A stretch of 45,429 nt of DNA from Mollicutes bacterium (GCA_003552275.1 PUKL01000021.1:1-45429), one strand, 5' to 3'; shown: positions 35,104 through 45,412, numbered from the stretch's first letter. Notes: generated by a model not told the origin, from the letters alone. Numbers and translations: made by a program.

Positions 35104-35793
35104 TCAGTCGTCCTCGTCGACGGGCACCATGTCGGGAAACGAACGGTAGATGCGCTCGTCGTCATAGACGCGGTCGTAGAACTCGCCGATCGGGGTCAAA
35201 GGTTCGATGCCTCGGTGCCGCATGCCCTGACGCAAGATGGCCGTGTAAGAGATGAACATGTTCACACAGAGGAAGATGAAGAGCGTCATCGTCATGATCT
35301 TGCCGATTTTCGGAGGGATTCTCTCGATGAGGTCGGAAAGGACGGGATAGACGATCTTCACCATGGCATAGCCGAAGATCCCCCAAAAAATCATGTAGGG
35401 GATCGTCGTGCGGCCGTGGATGTTCAAGAACCGACCGTGATAGTTCCAAGAGACCTGTCCCGTGAAGAATTCCTGCGCCAAAGACAACATGTATTCGAAG
35501 GCGCCGCCGAGAATCGCGCCGACAGCGATGACCACATACCAGCGGGAGAAGCGGGACAAAACGACGATCATGAGCAGATAACCCGCGCCGTAGACCGGGT
35601 TGAAGGGTCCATAGAGAACACCGCTCCTGCTTTCGTAGAAACCGTGATTCACGTAATGGAGGATCTCCTCGTACCAGGTGCCGATGACGCAACCGATGAT
35701 GAAAATCAGGGCCATCTTGTAGAAAGAGCGCCCCGGTGCGAAACGGTTGTCCACCACATCCCGGTTTCCTTGCTCATGGTTCTTTTCGTCCAT
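35104..35793 (-). CDS. polytopic membrane protein, PF06541 (putative ABC-transporter type IV / CmpB)-like
   Basis: GTWYEEILHYV...SGVLYGPFNPVYGAG resembles this family. GAGGTGG SD lies before ATG 35793. The track start is 35817. Confidence 0.6.
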   Translation of the reverse strand: MDEKNHEQGNRDVVDNRFAPGRSFYKMALIFIIGCVIGTWYEEILHYVNHGFYESRSGVLYGPFNPVYGAGYLLMIVVLSRFSRWYVVIAVGAILGGAFEYMLSLAQEFFTGQVSWNYHGRFLNIHGRTTIPYMIFWGIFGYAMVKIVYPVLSDLIERIPPKIGKIMTMTLFIFLCVNMFISYTAILRQGMRHRGIEPLTPIGEFYDRVYDDERIYRSFPDMVPVDEDD

Positions 35794-35857
35794 AGGCCAC
35801 CTCGTAAGATGAATCATCTACATGTATCAAACCGTCTTTTGCTCTCGAACTCGCTGT

Positions 35858-37108
35858 TCAACGCCGAAAAAGATGAACGGTCCGTTCGCAATAGAACGAA
35901 AGGGCCAAGAGATCGGCCGCCCCTCCGGGCGAGACGCCTTCCCTTTTTTTACGGCGGGCCCACTCGCTGAGCACAGAAAAGTCCTCTTCGGCCTTACGGG
36001 CCGCTTCCTCTTTGATCGTTCGCATCGCTTCGGCGTCACCGTTGTAGAGGGTCGTGTCCAAAGTCCTCGCCATGATGCGGACGAGTCTTCGCAACGGGTG
36101 GGCCGAGGTATCGGGAAAAGTAGAGAAGACGGCGGGGAAACCCGCGGCCGCCTCTTCTCGGACACCGCCTTCGCCCAGGGAGAGATGGACCGTCTCCCCG
36201 CGGGTTTTCACCTTTTTCTCGTCGAGATTGCCGAAATCCTCTTCGAAGAAACGGCGGGCGGTCTTTTTCACATCCTCCCTGAAGGAAGTGAAGTCCTTCC
36301 CCAGAAGCAAAGCCCCGGCCTGATGATAGATGACCAGGCCGAAAATGTAGTTCGCCCCCTTGTGGGTGTTCACACCGGCCGTCTTGGCGAGCATCCTCTT
36401 TTCGGCCCGTCTTCCCTCTTCGCGCAGTTTTTGCAACGGCGCCCGCGCGAGCCCGAGGCGGGCGTAGGTTTGAAAGTGGGGCTTGAGCGTTTCCAAGGCC
36501 GCCAGAAAATGGGAGATGTTCATGTCGCTGTGGCGGCCCGTGTCGCGGGCGCTCACCAACCCCAAGGAGGGATAGGTGAAGAGCTCCTTCCGTAAAGCGT
36601 GAAGCGCTTCCGTCGTCAAAAGGGCGGGAATGTGCTCTTGGAGGGCGTCGTCCGCCACCCGAAGAAGGGCTTCTTTGCTGTGGCGTTCGGCACGCGCACA
36701 GATGTGGGCGTCTTGTTCACACAGCCAGCATTTCCGGGCCGGAAGACCGAGGTCGCGGCGGCTGATGGGCCCGTTTTCGCCGTGGACATCGATATCCACG
36801 AACCTGCCCAGCGGATGGTGTTCTTCAAGAAAGACCGTGATCCTTTTCACAAAAGAGGCATCCTTGGCGAAGCTGTAGAGGACATGGTCGCCGTCGACCG
36901 AGGCCACGAAGGTGCGCTTCTTCGGCGAAAAGGATTGTATGAGGCCGTCGAAGAGCCTGATGAGAAGACCGCTCGCTCTCGTGTTCTTCGGCAGTGCGGG
37001 CATGTTCGCCTTCAAGACGCAAGCGGTGCCTTCGGCCCGGGCCAAGGCGGCAAGAGAGCGTCCCCGCTTTTCGCGGGCGGCGAGGATTTCGTCAATGTCT
37101 TCGGTCAT
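35858..37108 (-). CDS. citXG: bifunctional CitX-CitG: holo-ACP (2'-(5''-phosphoribosyl)-3'-dephospho-CoA) transferase plus triphosphoribosyl-dephospho-CoA synthase
   Basis: The N-terminal ~170 aa are CitX-like (ILAAREKRG...LKANMPALPK...GRFVDIDV). The C-terminal part is CitG-like (GVNTHKGANYIFG, SPGGAADLLA). Confidence 0.8.
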   Translation of the reverse strand: MTEDIDEILAAREKRGRSLAALARAEGTACVLKANMPALPKNTRASGLLIRLFDGLIQSFSPKKRTFVASVDGDHVLYSFAKDASFVKRITVFLEEHHPLGRFVDIDVHGENGPISRRDLGLPARKCWLCEQDAHICARAERHSKEALLRVADDALQEHIPALLTTEALHALRKELFTYPSLGLVSARDTGRHSDMNISHFLAALETLKPHFQTYARLGLARAPLQKLREEGRRAEKRMLAKTAGVNTHKGANYIFGLVIYHQAGALLLGKDFTSFREDVKKTARRFFEEDFGNLDEKKVKTRGETVHLSLGEGGVREEAAAGFPAVFSTFPDTSAHPLRRLVRIMARTLDTTLYNGDAEAMRTIKEEAARKAEEDFSVLSEWARRKKREGVSPGGAADLLALSFYCERTVHLFRR

Positions 37109-38111
37109 GGTCCTTCATGGCGGCGATGATCTTTCGGCCCGCTTCGCTTTCGAGATAGGCGTATGTCGCTTCGGGGACATAGTCCCGCACGGCGGTGACA
37201 TCCTTTTTTCGGAGAAGCGCGCGGACCGTCGAAGCGCTGATCGGCTGTTTGTCGACCGTCTTGCGTTCGATAATCTTCAAACTGTTGCCGAGATAGTGGC
37301 GCATGGTCTTGTTGTAGGTCTCGGTCATGGGGCTGAAAGGTTCTTCACCCACGTAACGGGCGGTGATGTTGAAAATCTTCATGTAGTGCTGCTTGAAAGT
37401 CAGCACGTCGATCAAGGCGTGTTCTTCGCGGATCTTCTCCTCCCGCTTTTGGAAATATTTGGGGAAGGTCGCGAAACTCACGAGATAGTCCTTCGTCGGC
37501 AGGACCACGACGTTCCGGTCGGAGGCGAGCGCTTTTTGGACGATCTTGAACCGGTCGGCGAAAGGGAAGAACGAGCGGTCCTCGCTCACGACGAAGACGA
37601 GGAGGGTGTCGTGGTTCTCCTTCGCCTTGCGGATGAGATGGAGATGACCGTTCGTGAGCGGGTTCGCGTTCACGACCACCGCTCCTTTTGGGCTGTTGTC
37701 GAGACGATGCTCCTCCTTCAAGGCGGCGAGGGTCCGTCTGATGTCCCCCCCTTGTTCGAGGAAGGAGATGTTCATCGTCTGCACGACGGGCTTGAACCCG
37801 AGGTTGGCGAAGACCTCTTCGTGTTCGGGACGGACATAGACGAAAATGTGGTTCGTCCCCGCTTCGTTCAACTGTTTGATGAGCGCGCTCATCAAAGTGG
37901 AAAGGTGGCTTCGGTTCTGATACTCCGGCTCCACGGCGACACATTTCACGATGTTCTTCGCCGCGGAGGCCGTGGCGATGAGTCGCTCGTTCTCATACAA
38001 GGCGAGCGTCTTGTCGATATCCTCCTCGAAAACGATGTGGAACCGTTGCAAAAATTGCGCGATCTCGGCGCGTTCTTCGGCGAGGATGATCTCCCGGATT
38101 TCCATCTTCAT
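37092..38111 (-). CDS. citC: [citrate/citramalate lyase] ligase (acetate:SH-ACP ligase)
   Basis: An N-terminal GNAT-like domain is followed by the nucleotidyl-transferase motif VVNANPLTNGHLHLI. Confidence 0.85.
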   Translation of the reverse strand: MKMEIREIILAEERAEIAQFLQRFHIVFEEDIDKTLALYENERLIATASAAKNIVKCVAVEPEYQNRSHLSTLMSALIKQLNEAGTNHIFVYVRPEHEEVFANLGFKPVVQTMNISFLEQGGDIRRTLAALKEEHRLDNSPKGAVVVNANPLTNGHLHLIRKAKENHDTLLVFVVSEDRSFFPFADRFKIVQKALASDRNVVVLPTKDYLVSFATFPKYFQKREEKIREEHALIDVLTFKQHYMKIFNITARYVGEEPFSPMTETYNKTMRHYLGNSLKIIERKTVDKQPISASTVRALLRKKDVTAVRDYVPEATYAYLESEAGRKIIAAMKDHDRRH

Positions 38112-39508
38112 TCCCCCTTGATCTTGTGGAGGGTGTCTTGTTCTGTTCCGTGTCGGCTTTCCACCTGTCCGATCCTATCATGCCGTTTCGTCTCCGCGGG
38201 TCGCCCCGTGAAGCGATGACAAATATCTTGCAGTTCTTCGATGGTGAAAAAGGGCACCTTTTGTTCGCGGAGCCTATCTTGGAGGTCTTTTCGGGCGGGA
38301 TTGACCGCGATCCCCCGTTCCGTCACGAGACAGTCGACATCCTTGCCCGGCGTCGTGATCGTCCGCACCCTGTCGACGATGAGGGGGGTGCGTCCCCGGA
38401 AAAGGGGCGCCACGATGACGGTGAGTTTCGCTTCCTCGGCGGTGTCGGCGTGACCACCGCTGCCGCCGATGATCCTCCCGTAGGAGTCGGTCGTCACGTT
38501 GACATTGAAATCGACGTCCACCTGGCTCGCGCCGAGGATCACGACATCGAGGTCCTTGATGATACGTTCGGGATCCTTCGGGTTCGCATAGCGACTCGCA
38601 CTGATGGCGATGTGGTTGTCGTTCCTCGCGAGGCTCGCCACGGCGACATCGTCGAAACACTGTACGTCGTAGAGTCTTTCGACGAGCCCTTCCTCCAAGG
38701 CCTCGACCTGATAGCGCGTGATGCCGCCCGAAAAGAAGGAGGCGGTGAGACCCCGTTCGGCGAGGATGCGGTTGAAGCCGGCACTGATGGCGAGACTCGT
38801 ACCGCCCGCGCCGCTTTGGAACGAGACGCCGTCACGAAAAATCCCGAGCGCATCCAACAAGCCCACGGCGTCACGGGCGATCCGTTTGCCGAGGGGGTCT
38901 TTCGTCATTTCGAGCGTGCCGCTCATGATGCCCTGCGCATCACCGATGGCATCGACCAAGAGGATGTGGTCCACTTCCCGGGCCGGTATTTGTGGATTCG
39001 TGAGCGGCTCGTCAAGCACGGTGTCCGTCACGATGACGGTCACGGCCGCATGCAAGGCATCTTCCACCGCGTAACCCATCGAGCCGAAGGGGTTTTTCCC
39101 CTCTCGCCCCGTGGCATTGCCGTCGCGATCGACGGCGGCCGCCGCCAAAAAGGCGACATCGACGGGCCTTTCGTTGTCGATGAGACTGCGGGCGCGCCCG
39201 CCGTGGGTCTGCATGACGACTTCGCCTCGCAGACTCCCTTTCGACACGAGAAGGGCCAGCGGCCCGTTCATGTAGTTCGTGGTGATCCTTTCTATCCTGC
39301 CCGCGGCGACGAGTCGCTCCGCGACGGTATGCACGGGAAAGAGCGCCGAGGCTCGAAGGTGGATGTCTTTGACATCCCTTTCTTCCATGGCTTCGAGAAT
39401 GGTGTTCATGACCGCGTCACCATCCCGGAGGTGATGGTGGAAGGAGACCGTCATGCCGTCGTGCAAGGGGAGTTCGTCGAAGAGGGCCGCAAGCGTCTTG
39501 AACGTCAT
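38108..39508 (-). CDS. citF: citrate-lyase-type alpha subunit (acyl-ACP:substrate CoA-transferase)
   Basis: SFHHHLRDGD, QSGAGGTSLA and GGSGGHADTA are motifs characteristic of CitF. Confidence 0.88.
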   Translation of the reverse strand: MTFKTLAALFDELPLHDGMTVSFHHHLRDGDAVMNTILEAMEERDVKDIHLRASALFPVHTVAERLVAAGRIERITTNYMNGPLALLVSKGSLRGEVVMQTHGGRARSLIDNERPVDVAFLAAAAVDRDGNATGREGKNPFGSMGYAVEDALHAAVTVIVTDTVLDEPLTNPQIPAREVDHILLVDAIGDAQGIMSGTLEMTKDPLGKRIARDAVGLLDALGIFRDGVSFQSGAGGTSLAISAGFNRILAERGLTASFFSGGITRYQVEALEEGLVERLYDVQCFDDVAVASLARNDNHIAISASRYANPKDPERIIKDLDVVILGASQVDVDFNVNVTTDSYGRIIGGSGGHADTAEEAKLTVIVAPLFRGRTPLIVDRVRTITTPGKDVDCLVTERGIAVNPARKDLQDRLREQKVPFFTIEELQDICHRFTGRPAETKRHDRIGQVESRHGTEQDTLHKIKGE

Positions 39509-40344
39509 TCTTTGTCCTCCCTCGGCAAGAGGCCGTAGAGGCGCGCCTTCTCGAGGAGACTTTTCGCGCGTTCGATGACGGGCTTGTCGACCATCTTCCC
39601 GTCAAGGCTGAAGCGCATGCTTTCTTCCTCCTCGTGGCGTTTGACGATCCGCAGGGCGTTGCGGATCTCTTTTTCGGAAGGGGAGAAGGTGCGGTTGATC
39701 GTGGCGACCTGGTCGGGATGGATCGCACTCTTGGCATCGAAACCGAGAGCCTTCGCCCGGAGGCAATCCGCGGCGAGACCCTCCTCCTGCAGGCTCGTGA
39801 AGGGGGTGTCGACGGCCGTCACATCTTGTGCTCGGGCGGCGAGGACGACCATGCTCCGTGCGAGGAGGATCTCTTCGTCATTCTCGGTCCGCTGCGCCCG
39901 GATGGCCGTGCGGAAGTCCTCTCCACCGAGAAAGAGAGCGAAGACATGTTCATGCGCCGCGATGCGGTCGAGCTCGAAAAAGGCCGTTGGGGTCTCCACG
40001 AGGGCGATCACCGGGTAGGGGTCCTTGTCGGAAAAGAGTTCTTCGTAACGGGCGAGCACGCTGGATGAGGCCTTGGGCAGACAGACACCGTCGATGGTGC
40101 TCTCCCGCAGCGCTTCGATGTCTTTCTCGATGAGGCCCGCTTCGCTGTTTATGCGCACGTAGACGAGCGTGTCCTCGGGACGATGGCTCTCGAGATAGGC
40201 CGTGGTCAGTTCACGGGCCTCGTCCTTCTCGTTCGCATGGATCGCGTCCTCCCAATCGATGATGAGCGCATCCGCCTCGAACACGTCGGCGTTCGTGAGC
40301 ATCCGCGGCACATTGCCCGGGATGAAGAGATAACTCCTAGCCAT
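39505..40344 (-). CDS. citE: citrate-lyase-type beta subunit (citryl/citramalyl-ACP lyase)
   Basis: RSYLFIPGN...ADALIIDWEDAI is HpcH/CitE family. Confidence 0.88.
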   Translation of the reverse strand: MARSYLFIPGNVPRMLTNADVFEADALIIDWEDAIHANEKDEARELTTAYLESHRPEDTLVYVRINSEAGLIEKDIEALRESTIDGVCLPKASSSVLARYEELFSDKDPYPVIALVETPTAFFELDRIAAHEHVFALFLGGEDFRTAIRAQRTENDEEILLARSMVVLAARAQDVTAVDTPFTSLQEEGLAADCLRAKALGFDAKSAIHPDQVATINRTFSPSEKEIRNALRIVKRHEEEESMRFSLDGKMVDKPVIERAKSLLEKARLYGLLPREDKE

Positions 40345-40603
40345 GGCCTTCCTCCTTGAATTTTCTCAACGCCACCCGCAAACGGGCCTTGATGGTGTAG
40401 TCCAAGGCCCCCCGGTCCTGGCAGACGATACGGACGCGATCCACTTCTTCCGCCCGCACGGTCTCTTCGAGCAGTTTCTTGATATGGTCGTAATAGCCTT
40501 CCCGGACGACGGTCTCGAGTTCGATCTCGAGACTGTCGGCGGGTGCGACCCGGATGAGGCAATCGCTCGATTCGAGACTGCCGGTGATGATCTCTTTTTT
40601 CAT
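40337..40603 (-). CDS. citD: citrate-lyase-type acyl carrier protein (gamma subunit)
   Basis: 88 aa. GSLESSDCLIRVAP contains the prosthetic-group Ser. ATGA overlaps the mal stop. Confidence 0.88.
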   Translation of the reverse strand: MKKEIITGSLESSDCLIRVAPADSLEIELETVVREGYYDHIKKLLEETVRAEEVDRVRIVCQDRGALDYTIKARLRVALRKFKEEGHG

Positions 40604-41862
40604 GATGCGCCCTGCTTTCTTCTCGCCGCGATCAGGGCCAGGGTCCTTTGCATGTGGTTCTTGACGATCATGATGCCTTCATCCGAGCCCATGCCCGGTT
40701 TGGCGAGACATTGTTTGGCATTGGTCGCCATGGCGATCGAGGTGGTCACCTCGGCACTGATGTTCGTCTCGTTGCACGAGCCGCCGCTGTATGCGCCGAC
40801 GCCTTTTTTCAGACAGTAGCGCAGCGCCTCGATGGTGTTGTTCACACCGCCGAGGTCGGGGGTTTTCACCTGCACCATGTGGGCGGCGTCGTTGTCGGCG
40901 AAGTATTTCACATCCTCCAACGTGTTGCACCATTCGTCGGCGACGATCTCGACATGGCAGTCCTCATCGTCGTCGATCCGGTCTTTCAAGGCTTTCAACG
41001 CTAGCATGGTCGCTTCGCGTTCGCCTTTGTCGATGGGGCCTTCGATACGGAGGCTGAAGGGTTCCGCCGTTTCGGACAGTTCTTTCAAGTAGCGGTAACA
41101 TGCCTCGATGTCCTCGTCGAAGATCATGCCGATCGTACCGTAGACATCGAGGTGGAGGATGGGATGATAGTCTTCACGGATACGTTTTTGGAGGATGCGG
41201 TTGCGGAGCCACCGGACATACTCCATGAGCAGCTCGCCTTTTTGGCCGAGTTTGTGGCGCACACTGTTGATGAGGGCGTGGGGGAGGACCTCGACCTCTT
41301 TGATGATCATCTTGTCGACATTCATGTAGCGGTCGTCACCGCTTTGGGCGAAGATGGGGATCATCTTGTATTCGTCGTCGTCGATCCGGTATTCCTTGCG
41401 GACGATTTCGCACATGGTGAGGCCTTTGGCTTTGGCGGTGGCCTCCAACAATGCCTGGGTGATGCCGTAGCGGAGAGCGGTGTGGATCCGTTCGCCCTCG
41501 ATGAGGAGCCGGTCGAAGTGTTCGGCGTTTTGGCGGAACGTGTCCACATCGAGACCGATGAGACGGTCCCGCAGGTGTTCTTGGAAATAGGCTTGCTGGG
41601 CCGCGGCCTCGAACAGACGGTCACGCCCCCCCGCACCCGAATACTGCACGGCGCAGGCGTCTCCGTAAGCGATCATGCCGTTTTCGAGCACGAGCATGAT
41701 CGAAAGCGCCTCCCCCGCTTGGCGGATGGCTTTGAAATGCGGCGTGATGGGCTCCCCTTCATAGGTGAAATGGTCCTGTTCGGCGCCGGCCTTGATGGCG
41801 GCCTGGTCATCGAAGTAGAAGCCGGTTAGTCCGGGAGCGGTGATCACATCCACGATCTTCAT
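40600..41862 (-). CDS. mal: 3-methylaspartate ammonia-lyase
   Basis: [27 protein letters not shown]..., [20 protein letters not shown] and [13 protein letters not shown] closely follow the clostridial enzyme. ATG 41862 overlaps the glmE TGA. The track ORF upstream extension is spurious. Confidence 0.95.
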   Translation of the reverse strand: MKIVDVITAPGLTGFYFDDQAAIKAGAEQDHFTYEGEPITPHFKAIRQAGEALSIMLVLENGMIAYGDACAVQYSGAGGRDRLFEAAAQQAYFQEHLRDRLIGLDVDTFRQNAEHFDRLLIEGERIHTALRYGITQALLEATAKAKGLTMCEIVRKEYRIDDDEYKMIPIFAQSGDDRYMNVDKMIIKEVEVLPHALINSVRHKLGQKGELLMEYVRWLRNRILQKRIREDYHPILHLDVYGTIGMIFDEDIEACYRYLKELSETAEPFSLRIEGPIDKGEREATMLALKALKDRIDDDEDCHVEIVADEWCNTLEDVKYFADNDAAHMVQVKTPDLGGVNNTIEALRYCLKKGVGAYSGGSCNETNISAEVTTSIAMATNAKQCLAKPGMGSDEGIMIVKNHMQRTLALIAARRKQGAS

Positions 41863-43337
41863 GGGGTATCGAATCCTTTCGGCAGATCCTCGCCGCCGAC
41901 GAGCTTGCCCCGGCCGACGGCATAGATGTCGTCGATGGTCATCTGGAAGGAGACCTCGCGTTTTTCTTTCTTCGCCCTGCGCTCGAGACACTCGCGGTGA
42001 TAGGCTTTGATGTCTTCATCGAAAGGGAGATTGCCGAACTCATGGATGCGGATGTTCCCTTGGTCGTCGCGGGCGGGGAGGATCGCCCCCTTGTTCATTT
42101 CACTCGGGGCGAAGGGGACATCGAGAATGCCCGCCTCGAAGGCCCGTACGGCCCCTTCGGCGAAATCGCCCTTGCCGATGTTCAACGTCGCATACAACAA
42201 GGAGTGGACCTCCCTCTTGATGAGTTCCTCTTCCGTCGTGAGTGTCTTCGATTCGGGGAAACGCTGTTCTTTCAGAAGACGGGTGACGATCTTGGAAGCG
42301 CGCAAACCTTCGGCGTTCGCCTCTTTCGTGGGAATGCCTTGCGACTCGTGGGGGCTTTTCGTGATCATCTTGGTCGCACCGCCCAAGGCGGCGACGGCCG
42401 AAGCCAGCGAGATGATGCCCATCGCTTTCGCTTCGTCGGCGGGGAAACCGCCCATCCATTGATGGAAGACCGTCGTCACGAAGACGTCCTCATAGCCGAA
42501 GAGTTTGAGATAGTAGTTCGTGAGGGAATCCAGGGTGCGCAGGGCCGCCACGTCCTGGACGATGTTTCCGCATTGTCCATAGCCCACGGTGATGTTCTTC
42601 ACACCCTGCTCGGCGGCGAGGATGGCCTCGATGATGGCCACCGTGTGGGTGATGGACGGCGGGACGAGGGTTCCGGTCAAGGGACCGAAAGGCTCGCGGT
42701 TGATCTCGATGTCGTTTTCGGCATAGATCCCCACCAAGCGGTCCACGTATTGCCAATAGCGGATGCTGTCCTCGAGGCTGATGCTCTTGGCGTAGGGGAT
42801 GTTGTAGGAGATGCCGCCGCCCTCGTTCGAGGTCCAGCCGGCCGCGTGGATGATCTCCGAGAGCAGTCGTGCATCGGGGGTGCCGTGGCGCGCCTGCACG
42901 GGCACCGGCACTTCGTCCTGCACGCGCTTGCAGGCTTCGACCCCGTGGTTGACGGCGGGGAATCCGTTCAAGAGCGAGCGTTTCTGCCGCTCGGATTGTT
43001 TTATGGCATCTTCCGCACTGCTGTGACGGTTCTGGCGGGTGTAGGAATCGATCGTCGTCGGCAGGAGGTCCGCCTCGCCCTCTTTGGCGAGAAAGTTCAA
43101 GAGTTCGATGTGGTCGTCCACAAGGGCGACGCCGGCCCGGGGTTGGGTGAGGGTCACGCCCTCTTCTTTCGCGACGCGGAGCTTCTTGGAAAAATCCCGT
43201 TCGCTCGGGATGGAGCAAAGACGCTCGCATGAGCGTTCGAACTCCAGCTCCTCGGCGAGACCGGTCGGCCACTGTTCACGGACGTCACGACGGATGCGTT
43301 CGAATTCTTCACGGGGTATCTTCTTGTTCTTGACCAT
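41859..43337 (-). CDS. glmE: glutamate mutase (methylaspartate mutase) E / epsilon subunit
   Basis: [16 protein letters not shown]...[20 protein letters not shown]...[10 protein letters not shown]...[18 protein letters not shown] lies 6 nt before ATG 43337. An in-frame ATG also occurs at 43343. Confidence 0.95.
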   Translation of the reverse strand: MVKNKKIPREEFERIRRDVREQWPTGLAEELEFERSCERLCSIPSERDFSKKLRVAKEEGVTLTQPRAGVALVDDHIELLNFLAKEGEADLLPTTIDSYTRQNRHSSAEDAIKQSERQKRSLLNGFPAVNHGVEACKRVQDEVPVPVQARHGTPDARLLSEIIHAAGWTSNEGGGISYNIPYAKSISLEDSIRYWQYVDRLVGIYAENDIEINREPFGPLTGTLVPPSITHTVAIIEAILAAEQGVKNITVGYGQCGNIVQDVAALRTLDSLTNYYLKLFGYEDVFVTTVFHQWMGGFPADEAKAMGIISLASAVAALGGATKMITKSPHESQGIPTKEANAEGLRASKIVTRLLKEQRFPESKTLTTEEELIKREVHSLLYATLNIGKGDFAEGAVRAFEAGILDVPFAPSEMNKGAILPARDDQGNIRIHEFGNLPFDEDIKAYHRECLERRAKKEKREVSFQMTIDDIYAVGRGKLVGGEDLPKGFDTP

Positions 43338-43357
43338 ATCCATCTCCCTGGTGCAGT

Positions 43358-44764
43358 CTATCGCAAATGGCGTTTGAGGAGTTTCAACGCCAGTTTCGGG
43401 TGTTTTTGCCCGAGCAGGCCCATGGCCGACATGATGTACATCTCGTCGATGAGGAACTCCGAGTCCGTGGGACGGAGCTCGAGCTTCTTGTCGCTTTTGT
43501 GCTGGACTTCCCGGAGGATGGCTTTCGCATCCTCGTTGAAGATGAGCACACCGCCCGTGCCGATGACGTATTTCATGCTCGTGAGGTCCTTCCCCGTCTG
43601 ATAGTACATGTTCCCCAAGGGGGTGTGGACGACCTCGACGGAGCCCACGTGGCGGCTCATGGAGTAATCGGTGCAGATGCGCGCGAGCGCCCGGTCGAAG
43701 GCCTTCTCTTCGTCGCTCTCGGGCAGGTAGTCGATCTGCTCTTGCCTTTTTTTGACACCGTTTTCGAAGAAATCGTCGTCGAGCTTGTCGTCTTCTTCCG
43801 CATCGGGTTCCCGATAATACTTGCGGAAACCGAAGGGACTGACGATGGAAAGAAGGGCGTTGGCGCTGTGGCGCACCCCGAGATCCCCTTCGACCGTGCG
43901 TTTGGCGAAGGGCTCCTGCAGTCCTTTCAGGATGACCTCGGTCCGTTTGGGCAGTCCCCGCCCGATGGTGTGCACGTCGGTCGTGGCGCCGCCGATGTCG
44001 ATGACCATGAGTTCGCCGAGACCTTCCTCGTCCTCATGGCCTTTGGCGAGGAGTTCGGCGGCCTGCAGCACCGCTTCGGGGGTGGGCATGATGATCTCGC
44101 CCGTTTTTTGTTCGGCCTTCTTGATGCCTTTGCCTTCGATGATCTTCGTGATGAAGATCTTGCGGATGACCTCTTTGGCTGATTCGACATGCAGCTCTCG
44201 CAGTTTCGGCATCACGTTGTCGACGATATAGTATTCCGTTCCGGCGGCGGCGAAAATCTCGTCGATCTCGTCTTCGGCGTCTTTGTTGCCGGCGACGATG
44301 ACGGGGACGTCGAGCTTCGCCTCGGCAAGCTTCTTGGCGTTGTGGATGATGCATTCCTTGTTGCCGCCGTCCGTGCCGCCGGCGAGGAGGATGATGTCGA
44401 TGTTCGCTTGCTTCAGTTCCTTGATCTCCTTTTTGGAAAGGTGATGCGAATAGACATGGTTCACAAGCGCGCCCGCACCGAGACAGGCCCGTTTCGCCGC
44501 CTCGGCCGTGAGTTCTTCGACCAGACCGATGGCGGCCATCTTGAGGCCCCCGGCCGCGCTCGAACACGCGGAGATGGCGGTGATCTCGCCCATGTCCGGA
44601 TGCGCCTTCTCCAACTTCTCCAAGGCCAGGTTGAAACCCTCGAGCACGTCCGTCTTGACGGTCGTCATCGAGCGGGAGGTGCCGACGATCTCCTCTTTTT
44701 CCAGATCGACGGCGACGAGCTTGGTGTAGGTGGATCCGAAATCGACAAGCAGGTGAACGCTCAT
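43358..44764 (-). CDS. glmL: glutamate mutase accessory/reactivase protein (MutL/GlmL)
   Basis: [20 protein letters not shown] is an ASKHA-type N-terminus. The position between glmS and glmE matches clostridial mutS-mutL-mutE. Confidence 0.88.
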   Translation of the reverse strand: MSVHLLVDFGSTYTKLVAVDLEKEEIVGTSRSMTTVKTDVLEGFNLALEKLEKAHPDMGEITAISACSSAAGGLKMAAIGLVEELTAEAAKRACLGAGALVNHVYSHHLSKKEIKELKQANIDIILLAGGTDGGNKECIIHNAKKLAEAKLDVPVIVAGNKDAEDEIDEIFAAAGTEYYIVDNVMPKLRELHVESAKEVIRKIFITKIIEGKGIKKAEQKTGEIIMPTPEAVLQAAELLAKGHEDEEGLGELMVIDIGGATTDVHTIGRGLPKRTEVILKGLQEPFAKRTVEGDLGVRHSANALLSIVSPFGFRKYYREPDAEEDDKLDDDFFENGVKKRQEQIDYLPESDEEKAFDRALARICTDYSMSRHVGSVEVVHTPLGNMYYQTGKDLTSMKYVIGTGGVLIFNEDAKAILREVQHKSDKKLELRPTDSEFLIDEMYIMSAMGLLGQKHPKLALKLLKRHLR

Positions 44765-45177
44765 GGACTACCAAGGTCCTCCTTGAGCTGCTCTGCGGCT
44801 TCTTCGATGTCCGCCCCCGGCGGATACACCCTGTCGAAGCCCATCTTCTTGAAGCGAGCCTCTACCTCCTTGAAATCCTGTTTACCGACGACGATGTTGC
44901 CACCGACGTAGAGCTTGACATGGCCGAGTCCGGCCTCTTCACAGTTTTCTTTCATGTATTTGCAGTCCATCTCTCCGTGTCCGTAGAGGGAACTGACGAG
45001 GATGGCTTTGGCGTCGGTCTCGATCGCGGCGTTGATGAAGTCCTCCTGCGAACTGAGCACACCGATATTCACGACATTGAAGCCGTGTTTTTTGAGCACA
45101 TGTTCGATGATCTTGTTGCCGACGGCATGAACGTCGGCACCGATGACACCAATCACTACCGTATGCACGCTAACCAT
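44761..45177 (-). CDS. glmS: glutamate mutase S / sigma (B12-binding) subunit
   Basis: [18 protein letters not shown] (DxHxxG cobalamin motif) and [17 protein letters not shown] 45177 abuts GGAAGG. GTG 45168 is 9 nt from it and may be the real start. Confidence 0.93.
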   Translation of the reverse strand: MVSVHTVVIGVIGADVHAVGNKIIEHVLKKHGFNVVNIGVLSSQEDFINAAIETDAKAILVSSLYGHGEMDCKYMKENCEEAGLGHVKLYVGGNIVVGKQDFKEVEARFKKMGFDRVYPPGADIEEAAEQLKEDLGSP

Positions 45178-45200
45178 CCTTCCGGGAATCTTTGCTACAC

Positions 45201-45234
45201 ATTAAAAAGGACAAATTCATGGCGGAATCCATCC
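45201..45234 (-). terminator. terminator-like hairpin inside the glmS leader (candidate attenuator)
   Basis: RNA GGAUGGAUUC-CGCCAU-GAAUUUGUCC (10 bp including 3 G-U pairs) is followed by UUUUUAAU. It lies about 25 nt upstream of the glmS SD. Confidence 0.5.
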
Positions 45235-45240
45235 CTGGCT

Positions 45241-45333
45241 TTACGGTCGGTTAAAGATGACCAAGACGGCAACAAAGCCGTTCGTCACAACTTGTTCTTT
45301 GAGGATAACGGTCCTGGAGTCCTTCGTTTTCAT
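45241..45333 (-). CDS. 30-codon leader ORF upstream of glmS
   Basis: Hand translation gives MKTKDSRTVILKEQVVTNGFVAVLVIFNRP. GAGGG lies 8 nt before the ATG. The TAA is 6 nt before the 5' arm of the hairpin. The ORF is below the track cutoff. Confidence 0.35.
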   Translation of the reverse strand: MKTKDSRTVILKEQVVTNGFVAVLVIFNRP

Positions 45334-45362
45334 CGTTAGAACCCTCGATTTCACCGTTTTAT

Positions 45363-45376
45363 TGTAAACGCTTTCC
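45363..45376 (-). promoter_or_regulatory. cre-like box (13/14) overlapping the start of the glutamate-fermentation transcript
   Basis: The plus strand reads TGTAAACGCTTTCC. The minus strand reads GGAAAGCGTTTACA. It begins 8 nt downstream of the -10. Confidence 0.45.
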
Positions 45377-45384
45377 ACAATTTC

Positions 45385-45412
45385 ATTATACGCTGATTTG
45401 TGTGAAAATCAA
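45385..45412 (-). promoter_or_regulatory. promoter of the glmS-...-citXG operon (TTGATT-16 nt-TATAAT)
   Basis: The minus strand has TTGATT at 45412..45407 and TATAAT at 45390..45385. Confidence 0.65.

Noticed and set aside
45178-45384. Possible cobalamin riboswitch upstream of the B12-dependent glutamate mutase. GGTGAAATC and AAGCCAGGGA loosely recall riboswitch elements.
   Set aside because: There is no convincing B12 box (no AGYCMGgAgaCCkGCc-like core) and no expected GGGAA/GCCACUG elements. B12 riboswitches usually control B12 supply genes rather than B12-dependent enzymes. I kept it only as an unclassified leader (see finding). An Infernal scan would settle the question.
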